A stretch of DNA of 64,000 nt. It comes from Saprospiraceae bacterium (GTDB lineage: Bacteria; Bacteroidota; Bacteroidia; Chitinophagales; Saprospiraceae). The notes beneath the pieces are model-generated. The model did not search any database. It was not told the origin of the DNA and was given only the letters and a program-made list of their open reading frames with translations. The position numbers and the translations under genes were made by a program. The stretch is from NCBI GenBank assembly GCA_027486765.1, contig JAIXOO010000063.1, positions 12,890 through 76,889 on the forward strand. The letters run 5' to 3'. Positions 56,431 to 64,000 of this stretch are shown here, piece by piece. The stretch's first letter is position 1. The number at the start of each line of letters is the position of its first letter.

Positions 56431-57897
56431 TCAGAATGCATTTTTCTCTCCCTTCAACATGTTGAAAACAGTCAGGAAAGTACATTTACAGTCGAACCAA
56501 AAACTCCAGTTTTCAATATAATCAACATCAAACTCTACTCTTTTGCCCATTTGATAGAGTTCCTCAGTAGGACCCCGCCAGCCATTGACCTGAGCCCAAC
56601 CCGAAATTCCTGGCTTCACCTCATGGCGAATCATGTATTTGTCGATCAAGTTTGAATAGATCTCCGTGTGCTTGATCATATGTGGTCGCGGGCCTATCAC
56701 TGACATGTCACCTAAAAACACATTAATGAACTGGGGTAATTCATCGATATTGGTTTTCCTTAAAAAAGCCCCTACTTTGGTAATTCGAGCATCATTTTTG
56801 ACTGCCTGCAACTGGTCACTACTCTCATTGACCGCCATCGTTCTAAATTTGATGCAACCAAAAGGTTTGTTCCAGTAACCTGTCCGCTTTTGAATGAAAA
56901 AAACGGGGCCTTTTGATTCAAGTCGAATCAACAACGCAATCAAAGGAAACAATGGTAAAATCACGATAAGCACTACCGTGCTGAATAATAGGTCAAATGT
57001 ACGCTTGAGTACCTTGTTGCGAAGCAGATACAAAGGTTCTTTTTTGCGCCGAAAAATCGGTAGGTGTGCCAGTTGTTCTACGTGAACACCCCGTTCAAAA
57101 AAATCAGCGCCGATCGGTACAATCTCAAAATCGATGTACTGGTTTCGGCAAAGTTGAATAATGCGTTGCACCGACTCTTTGGACAGATCACTGTAGAAAT
57201 AGAATAGTTTTTTGATGTGGTTGTGGTTTCTCAATAGGTATTCTTCTATGTCATTGTAAGTTCCCAAACGTGGAACGTTTGGAAGATCGTCTTGAGCAAA
57301 GCGCCCAATGCAGGATGTGTTGTTGTCTCCATAAATGGAAGAAAGTCCCTTACTCAGGTACCAAAGATTGGTGTTTCCTCCTCCCACAACAGCATAGGTT
57401 ATCTCAATGGCTTTATTTCTACTTTGGTAGCGAGATACATAGCGCGAAATAGTTGACAAAGCCATAAATACAAAAAAGACCTGAACCAAAAAATGCACCT
57501 GGAAAACCGCGAAAAAAAACTGATAGTAGATCAGCGTGATTAAAGCAAAATAAGTCAAAGTATTCCAGAATAAATCCCTGATTTTCAAGTCTACTTTGAT
57601 GCCTTCAAATACTCGGTAAACTTCCGTAAAAGGAATAAATAGTAGCCAGATCGAATTAATGAGCAGAAACAAATAACCAAGGTTACGGTTAAGCTCCTGA
57701 TCAAATAGCTGGTTGTACGGAATTTGAAGCAACAGTAAACCGAATAAAGAAATGTTCAAGATGCCCCAATCCAACAATATTGCTACCGTAAGTTGGCGGA
57801 CAGTTTTTTGTTCAATTCTCCTCCGATCAGCATGCTTAGCATGGTGATTGATTACCTGTTTGCGTAAAACAGGTGTTTGTGTAAGTGTATGATTCAT
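56431..57897 (-). CDS. Initiating undecaprenyl-phosphate sugar phosphotransferase (WcaJ/CpsE-like)
   Basis: KRTFD, KFRTM, DARIT, DELPQFINV, IGPRP and KPGISGWAQ. Confidence 0.95.
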   Translation of the reverse strand: MNHTLTQTPVLRKQVINHHAKHADRRRIEQKTVRQLTVAILLDWGILNISLFGLLLLQIPYNQLFDQELNRNLGYLFLLINSIWLLFIPFTEVYRVFEGIKVDLKIRDLFWNTLTYFALITLIYYQFFFAVFQVHFLVQVFFVFMALSTISRYVSRYQSRNKAIEITYAVVGGGNTNLWYLSKGLSSIYGDNNTSCIGRFAQDDLPNVPRLGTYNDIEEYLLRNHNHIKKLFYFYSDLSKESVQRIIQLCRNQYIDFEIVPIGADFFERGVHVEQLAHLPIFRRKKEPLYLLRNKVLKRTFDLLFSTVVLIVILPLFPLIALLIRLESKGPVFFIQKRTGYWNKPFGCIKFRTMAVNESSDQLQAVKNDARITKVGAFLRKTNIDELPQFINVFLGDMSVIGPRPHMIKHTEIYSNLIDKYMIRHEVKPGISGWAQVNGWRGPTEELYQMGKRVEFDVDYIENWSFWFDCKCTFLTVFNMLKGEKNAF

Positions 57898-57946
57898 GGC
57901 AAAAACAATTAGTTAAAACTGGTTGTTTGTTCAAAATACAGTATAA

Positions 57947-60277
57947 TTACTTGTGTCCATAGTGGCTATAATTGTACCCATAGGCATCGTTTTGTTTTTT
58001 TACACCATTAAAAATGATCGAGGGGTTGACCAATTTATTCTGTTCAAAAAATTCTTTAGCTTTCTCGATCATGAATTTCTTTGTATAGCTGGAACGTATT
58101 ACAAATAGAGACTTGTCCACATATTTATTGAGCAAAATGCTGTCAGCAATGATTCCTATTGGAGAGCTATCGATGATGATCACATCGTATTTTTCCTTCA
58201 AGCGGTCAAACAGTTCTGACAATTGTTCTTCGGCAATCAATTCTAGCAGATTGGTTATCAAGGGGCCCCCAGAAATGAAATGCAGATTGGGAATTTCAGT
58301 TGATATTTGAATGACTTCGTCTAAATCCAATTCCTTCAAGAAGAAATTGCTTAACCCAATTTCTGTATTCCCTGCAAAATATTTGTGTACGGAAGGTCTC
58401 CTGAGGTCAAAGTCGATGACTATCGTATTCCTTCTGCCAAGCGCAAAACTTCTTGCCAGGTTGGTCGAGACGAAAGTCTTCCCCTCATTGCTTGTGCTGG
58501 AGGTAACCAAAATGCATTTCGTTTTTTCCCGATAGTGAAATTGTAGATTCGTCCTTATCGTTCGGAATCGTTCAGTAGCTAAATTTTGTGGATCCCCCAG
58601 CAATAGCTGTTGGCTTTTCTTATTTTGGTGATTGATTACCCCCAGAATTCTATTCTCTGGAAGAATTTGTTTGATGTCTTGTTCCGTCCGAATCGAGCCT
58701 TTAAAAAAGTCTAAGAGCAAAATAAAGAACAAGGGGATCGCCATTCCTCCCAATCCCGCTCCTGCGAAAATCTGAACCTTATTAGGCCCAACTGGATCAA
58801 GTGAACTGTAGGGCGGATCCACAATCATTGAGTTGGCGTAATCACTTACCAAAGCCATGGATACTTCCTCTCTTTTTTGCAATAAATACACATAAAGATT
58901 TTCTTTTATCCCCTGTGTGCGCTCTTTATCGCTTAGTCCTCTTTCTTTAATTGGCACACTGCGTAGTCGATTATTTGACTTATCAAATTGATTCTGTAGT
59001 TTACTCAAATTCAAGCTAATATCACCTTGCATATTGGCAATAGCAGCAACAATTGAATTGCGTAAACTCCTTAATTTTTGATTGGTAGATTGAACTACCG
59101 GATTTGAAGGTTGGCCTGACATCAAAAGCCGTTCTCTTTGCAAGACCAGGTCGTTATAGGGCTGAATCAAGCCAAGCACCTTTCCATCATACAAGGAAGG
59201 ATTAATGGGGATTATCTTGAAGTTATTGCTCGTATCTCTAAGTTCTGAGCTTATTGATTGAAGCATCCCAGACTGCAGCTCCAGATTCCGTTGTTCCCTG
59301 GTCAAGTCTTTCACATCCCCCAAAGTAGTTTCTATATCCGAGGTAGTTGATGAGATGATTTCGTTGTTCAGTTTGTAAGTCTCTAGCGTACTTTCAGCGG
59401 ATGCAAGTTCCTGGCTAATGTCTTGGAGCCGCCCATCCAGCAGTTCAAGTGTTTTTAGGGTGATATCCGTATTTGCCTGGCTTTTTACTTGATCAAATTT
59501 TTCCATTAAACAGGTTAAAACATCAATCCCTCGCTGAGGAACTTCATCCATTAAGGTCAAAACCCTAACTGAGGAATTGTTTTTCTCGCTGCTTAGCTCT
59601 ATGTTTAAATTATCCAGGTATTTTTTTGCAACTTTTTTAGGGTTCAAAAATTCGACGTGCATCGTTTTACCTGCTGCAACAGGAGCAGATTCAACTCTGG
59701 AGATGCGGAAAGTGCCAAATTCGTTAGAAAATAGTTGACCAAAGTTATAGTTCCTTGACTTGGCTCCTTGGGAAAACCTGAAGGTATGTTTGTCGAGCGG
59801 GGTTATTTCAAAAGAAGTATTTTCGATAAGGTTCAGCGAAAAGGTGTCAACAACAATTGGAAAATTCCCATAAGCATCTCGTTCCGATAATTTGTCCTTC
59901 CAGTAGTACCTGGTTCCCAAGCCTAATTTTTCAACAACGGAAGTCATCAGGGAAAAAGAAGTCAATATTTCAATATCGTTGCTTGCTTTATCTGAAGTTG
60001 CAGAAAGGAGCAAGTTGCGTTTGATGAAATCATCATCCGATCCCGAATTTTCCTCACGTTCCCGGATCAATAGTTTACTGGTTATTTGATAAATTGGCTG
60101 CAATTGTTTGTAAAACATATAGGCCAATCCCAGGCTGATGATCCCGCAAACCAAATAGATGTACCATTTGTTGAGAACATAGTTTCTGAACATTCCGAGG
60201 TAATCAATTTGACCCTCAGTAGAATCATTTCCACTATTGTTAAGGAATACAGCCTTTTGATATTCAAATTCATTCAT
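57947..60277 (-). CDS. wzc: Polysaccharide co-polymerase / BY-kinase
   Basis: Two TM helices, Walker A TSSTSNEGKT, DFDLRRP, IIDSSP and a Tyr-rich tail. Confidence 0.93.
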   Translation of the reverse strand: MNEFEYQKAVFLNNSGNDSTEGQIDYLGMFRNYVLNKWYIYLVCGIISLGLAYMFYKQLQPIYQITSKLLIREREENSGSDDDFIKRNLLLSATSDKASNDIEILTSFSLMTSVVEKLGLGTRYYWKDKLSERDAYGNFPIVVDTFSLNLIENTSFEITPLDKHTFRFSQGAKSRNYNFGQLFSNEFGTFRISRVESAPVAAGKTMHVEFLNPKKVAKKYLDNLNIELSSEKNNSSVRVLTLMDEVPQRGIDVLTCLMEKFDQVKSQANTDITLKTLELLDGRLQDISQELASAESTLETYKLNNEIISSTTSDIETTLGDVKDLTREQRNLELQSGMLQSISSELRDTSNNFKIIPINPSLYDGKVLGLIQPYNDLVLQRERLLMSGQPSNPVVQSTNQKLRSLRNSIVAAIANMQGDISLNLSKLQNQFDKSNNRLRSVPIKERGLSDKERTQGIKENLYVYLLQKREEVSMALVSDYANSMIVDPPYSSLDPVGPNKVQIFAGAGLGGMAIPLFFILLLDFFKGSIRTEQDIKQILPENRILGVINHQNKKSQQLLLGDPQNLATERFRTIRTNLQFHYREKTKCILVTSSTSNEGKTFVSTNLARSFALGRRNTIVIDFDLRRPSVHKYFAGNTEIGLSNFFLKELDLDEVIQISTEIPNLHFISGGPLITNLLELIAEEQLSELFDRLKEKYDVIIIDSSPIGIIADSILLNKYVDKSLFVIRSSYTKKFMIEKAKEFFEQNKLVNPSIIFNGVKKQNDAYGYNYSHYGHK

Positions 60278-60295
60278 GGTACAGCTTTACTAGTT

Positions 60296-61075
60296 TTAGT
60301 TCTTAAAAAGAGCAATTAACACTGCGGCTACTGTTGCTGCTGCTGACAAAATGGGTACCGCCTTTGAGCTCTGGTCTTGCACAGCACCTGCTTTGGCCCT
60401 TAAGGGCTTCACATAAATCAAATCATTCTGCTTAAGAAAGTAATACTCTGACTGAAAAAAAGCAGCCGATTGAAGATTGATCCGATTCAAGGATCTCGCG
60501 CCATTACTTTCCCGAACAAGCAATATTTCTTTTCGATCCGCATAATCCGTTAAATCACCAGCCAGGGCTAGTGCATCAAGTACGGAAATGCGTTCATTGA
60601 CAACATTAAACGCACCAGGACTGCGGACTTCCCCTGAAACTGTCACTCTAAAATTCAGCAACCTCACATTTACTACGGGGTCTTTTAGGTGTAATTTCAG
60701 CTTTTCCACTAGTGAATCTTTAACTTCCGTAACGCTTAGCCCCTCCAGTTTCAGCCTTCCTAAAACCGGGAAATCAATCATTCCTTGCTGATTCACCAAA
60801 AAACCAGTCAGCTGAATAGATTCGATATTGACAAAACTCTCACTTTGCTGACTAGAGGTTATGTTAAAAGGGGCAACCAGTTCCATCTCCGTGCCAAATA
60901 CTTTGATAGACAACACATCATTCGGCTGAATTCTAATATCCGGCAACTTGTGAATAAGCAACTGGGGGCTATCTGGAAAATTTTCCTGATAGTTTACAAG
61001 TTGCTTATGAGAAACACAGCTTGTACCCGTAACAAGCAAAATAAAAACCCAAATAGAAATTAAAAAAATGCGCAT
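60296..61075 (-). CDS. wza: Outer-membrane polysaccharide export lipoprotein
   Basis: Lipobox GTSC, IQPND, G.IDFPVLG and GEVRSPG. Confidence 0.93.
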   Translation of the reverse strand: MRIFLISIWVFILLVTGTSCVSHKQLVNYQENFPDSPQLLIHKLPDIRIQPNDVLSIKVFGTEMELVAPFNITSSQQSESFVNIESIQLTGFLVNQQGMIDFPVLGRLKLEGLSVTEVKDSLVEKLKLHLKDPVVNVRLLNFRVTVSGEVRSPGAFNVVNERISVLDALALAGDLTDYADRKEILLVRESNGARSLNRINLQSAAFFQSEYYFLKQNDLIYVKPLRAKAGAVQDQSSKAVPILSAAATVAAVLIALFKN

Positions 61076-61528
61076 TTCAAGTAAATTAACAATGTTTTTC
61101 CAATGAGAAACAAACCAATGTATTGAAGATATGGCTTCGCCATCGATAAGTCGCGTTACTTTCCAGTATACAAACTTAATCTAGCCCTTAAAGCATTTAC
61201 TTTAAAGGAAATCAACTTGTAATCTTTTGAGTTTATAAAGTCATGCCAATGACTTGACACAGTGGTAAGTCTTAGCAGTTTACCATTACTCAACAGATTA
61301 TCATTTTTTTAAAGCCCAAAGGCGATAAAAAGACGTAATAGTTACAGCGTAATAGGAAATACTCAAAAAAAATGAATACAACAAAGGGAATTTTTTGTAC
61401 ACAGGTAGTGTTGAGAGTCAATAATAAAGGTAAATTACTTGGATCTAAGGGGAGTGGGAACAATCACGAAATATTAAAATAAACTTAGTTAGGTAAAATA
61501 TTTTAAATAAAATAAATTTACCATGCTG

Positions 61529-61536
61529 CAAATATA
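61529..61536 (-). promoter_or_regulatory. Putative -7 element of the polysaccharide operon
   Basis: Minus-strand TATATTTG followed by CAGC, about 450 nt upstream of wza; no clear -33 box. Confidence 0.4.
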
Positions 61537-61801
61537 AATGAATTAAATGGAAAAATAAAGTGCCTTTCATTTTTTTTTCAAAATTCAACAACATTTTCTC
61601 ATACCTGCCTTCCTTTCCACAAAGCAAAGGAGTGCTTACCAGAAAGTTAGGCCAACGAATATTTTTTTTAATAAATTTTAATATATAAGCAATTGATCAA
61701 AGGTCGAAATATCCAGTAGCACGCAGCAGCACACTCTTTAATCATTTCCAAGCTGACCAAAAGTCATTGCAACTCCTGCCACATCGAACCAACTTCACCG
61801 C

Positions 61802-63256
61802 ATGAAATCAAAACCAATGCGTGCTGACCTAAACAAACTCGCCATAGAGCTGGAAAAAATCGACGATTTTATGCTGCAATCTGAAAATGATTTCAGCCAG
61901 CTATTGGATCAAGTACATCCTAAGCAACGCGCCAATGCCATCAACTTGATGCATTACCTAGCCCTGCGTAGCCTGGATATTCGCGAGTTGCAAGACGCCT
62001 TGCACGAAGTGGGTTTGTCCTCCATCACTAGTTCGGAAAGCCATGTAAGGGGCCAATTGTTGGCCATCATGCAACACCTGGGTGCAAAAAAAAGTACCGA
62101 CGAAAAAATTTTCACTTATAGCACAGGTAAAAAATCCCTGGCTCAAAAATCGACTGCCCTTTTTGGTCCAAAACAAATTGACTCGGTACCTTATATCATG
62201 CTCACCTTCGACAGCAAGATGGCCGACGATTATGAAAAAGTAAAAAACATGCTGCAATCCGGCATGAACGTTGCCCGTATCAATTGTGCCCACGACGATG
62301 AAGCCACCTGGTTTCGGATGATTGAACACGTAAAAAGGGCAGAAAAAATCACGGGCTTGAGTTGTAAAATCTACATGGATTTGGCAGGACCTAAAATCCG
62401 TACCGTTCTACATAAGAAAAAGAAGCTCGAGGTAGCCGTAGGCCAAACCCTTTTCCTAGTAGACGAGGCCTTGCTGGGAAAGGAAAAACATGCCATTGGT
62501 TGTAGCTTGGCCGGGGTCAGCGAACAATTGAATCCCGGAGAGATTGTGTTGTTTGACGATGGACTGATTGAGGCCCGGGTGGAAAAAAACGAAGCAGGCA
62601 AAACCAAACTACAAATCCTACGCATCTCCAGCAAAAAGCCTTTCATCAAAGCGGAAAAAGGCATCAATTTTCCCGATTCGATCTTGTCTACACCCGCATT
62701 GACCGACTATGATTTAGCCTGTCTGCCTTTTATTCAGCAACACGCCGACATCGTAGGTTATTCCTTTGTGCGCAATACGCAGGACATGGCCCAATTGCAG
62801 CAAGCTTTGGGCACTGAGCACAAGCTGGGATTGGTCATCAAGATTGAGACACCAGAAGCGGTCAAGAATTTGCCTGATCTGTTGTTCAGTGGCCTGAAGG
62901 AAAAAAACGTCGGCGTCATGATTGCCCGTGGCGATCTGGCCGTAGAGATTGGGTTTGAACGCATGAGTGAAATCCAGGAAGAAATCCTCTGGATTTGTGA
63001 AGCCGCCCACGTGCCCGTCATTTGGGCTACCCAAGTGCTGGACACCCTCAATAAGTCGGGCATAGCCACCCGCTCTGAAGTCACCGATGCCGCTCACGCC
63101 GCTTTGGCCGAATGTGTGATGATCAACAAAGGCAACCACATCATCCGCACCATGGAAGCCCTACGCAATATTTTGATCCGCAGCGGCGGCCATCACGTCA
63201 AAAAACGCTATACGTTCCGACCACTATCTATTGCTACCCGCTTTATGACCCGCTAG
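61802..63256 (+). CDS. pyk: Pyruvate kinase, atypical architecture
   Basis: GMNVARINCAH, DLAGPKIRT, IKIET, ARGDLAVE and ATQVLD. Confidence 0.88.
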   Translation: MKSKPMRADLNKLAIELEKIDDFMLQSENDFSQLLDQVHPKQRANAINLMHYLALRSLDIRELQDALHEVGLSSITSSESHVRGQLLAIMQHLGAKKSTDEKIFTYSTGKKSLAQKSTALFGPKQIDSVPYIMLTFDSKMADDYEKVKNMLQSGMNVARINCAHDDEATWFRMIEHVKRAEKITGLSCKIYMDLAGPKIRTVLHKKKKLEVAVGQTLFLVDEALLGKEKHAIGCSLAGVSEQLNPGEIVLFDDGLIEARVEKNEAGKTKLQILRISSKKPFIKAEKGINFPDSILSTPALTDYDLACLPFIQQHADIVGYSFVRNTQDMAQLQQALGTEHKLGLVIKIETPEAVKNLPDLLFSGLKEKNVGVMIARGDLAVEIGFERMSEIQEEILWICEAAHVPVIWATQVLDTLNKSGIATRSEVTDAAHAALAECVMINKGNHIIRTMEALRNILIRSGGHHVKKRYTFRPLSIATRFMTR

Positions 63257-63347
63257 AGTTTTATTGTAAATCGCCCCTCTCTTTCCGGCAAGTTCACCTC
63301 AAGCGTCAAACTTTTGACGAAATTTTAGTTAAAAAATGACAAATTAG

Positions 63348-63378
63348 TTGTATCAACGAAAAATTAGTTGTACGTTTG
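63348..63378 (+). promoter_or_regulatory. blaI-family promoter overlapped by repeated operator-like motifs
   Basis: TTG at 63348-63350, 20-nt spacer, TACGTTTG at 63371-63378; AAATTAGTTGTA repeated at 63341 and 63361. Confidence 0.65.
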
Positions 63379-63382
63379 ATTC

Positions 63383-63748
63383 ATGAAGAAGTTGAACGAA
63401 AAAGAAGAACAGATCATGCAGATCATTTGGCGGATGGAGAAAGCCTTTGTCCGTGAGATTATGGAGGAACTGAACGACCCACAGGTTCCGGTGACCACCA
63501 TTTCTTCACTGGTACGTAAACTGGAAACCGATGGCTGGCTCGATCACGAAGCTTTTGGCAAAACCCATCGCTATTTCCCCCTGATCAGCATGGAAGCGTA
63601 CCGCAAGGCCAGTGTATCCCAGATCAAGGAGCATTACTTTGCTGGTTCCACCGCCCAACTCCTATCCTACTTCCTGCGGGAAGAAAAAACGGATGTTTCG
63701 GAAATTGAACGTTTGTTGGAAGAACTTAGACAATCTGAATCTAAATGA
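63383..63748 (+). CDS. blaI: BlaI/MecI/CopY-family transcriptional repressor
   Basis: E..IMQIIW, TTISSLVRKLE..G.L and ..GKTHRYFPL winged-helix pattern. Confidence 0.92.
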   Translation: MKKLNEKEEQIMQIIWRMEKAFVREIMEELNDPQVPVTTISSLVRKLETDGWLDHEAFGKTHRYFPLISMEAYRKASVSQIKEHYFAGSTAQLLSYFLREEKTDVSEIERLLEELRQSESK

Positions 63749-63853
63749 TTGGTTTGTGTGCCAAATCGGAGCAAAAAGACGCACAGCCGTGCGTCTATAC
63801 ATTCCGGCAGCGCACTCCATCCCGATTTTGTCATTCACTCAAATGATTGTGGA

Positions 63854-64000
63854 ATGAATATCATCGCACCCACTTTTTTCACTTTGTTGTGTGCTGCGCT
63901 TTGCCTGCTTGCCTTTGGGCTGCTGTACGAACGTTGGATGCACCGGGAGTCATTTTACCAGGCCAATCGCGCTTATTTGCTCATCACGCCATTGATTGCC
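63854..64000 (+). CDS. M56/BlaR1-family membrane protein, 5' fragment
   Basis: Hand translation MNIIAPTFF...LLYERWMHRESFYQANRAYLL matches the usual N-terminus of Bacteroidota M56 proteins; it follows blaI. Confidence 0.75.
   Translation, partial: MNIIAPTFFTLLCAALCLLAFGLLYERWMHRESFYQANRAYLLITPLIA

Noticed and set aside
35830-61801. Polysaccharide locus as a bounded mobile island
   Set aside because: The composition shift is visible, but I found no integrase, transposase, tRNA or direct repeats at the borders.
63745-63846. 33-aa ORF overlapping the blaI stop (ATGA) and ending 7 nt before the M56 gene, containing an 8-bp hairpin at 63777..63796
   Set aside because: It could couple translation, but it has no distinctive composition or homology that I can see, and an ORF this short arises easily by chance.

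Overview
This is a chromosomal segment from a Bacteroidota bacterium. The phylum is inferred from TAnnTTTG/-33 TTG promoters, a T9SS C-terminal domain and gene content; a Saprospiraceae-like origin is a guess. From left to right it carries: housekeeping genes (dnaG, fdx-iscX, kdsC, a UbiA-family prenyltransferase, maf, recQ); a sulfur-assimilation operon on the minus strand (sulfite reductase-HEPN, cobA, SirC-like, cysH, ferredoxin-NADP reductase); trxB, fbaA, an exonuclease, an MbnP-like lipoprotein, a zinc metalloprotease and pnuC-nadR; a five-gene ATP-grasp/alpha-E/transglutaminase/proteasome-type protease system; a T9SS-secreted beta-helix protein; an AT-rich Wzx/Wzy polysaccharide locus of about 22 kb with an unusual sugar-modification cassette; an atypical pyruvate kinase; and a BlaI/M56 pair cut by the window edge. 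The best new signal is an ORF absent from the track: a 30-aa leader peptide with six Cys codons in seven positions, upstream of the sulfur operon, with mutually exclusive terminator and antiterminator pairings. This looks like a cysteine-sensing ribosomal attenuator. The window also holds two intergenic repeat families: composite palindromes with a conserved core and interchangeable tandem-repeat arms, and REP-like 20-bp palindromes. I found no tRNA, rRNA, CRISPR array or transposase.
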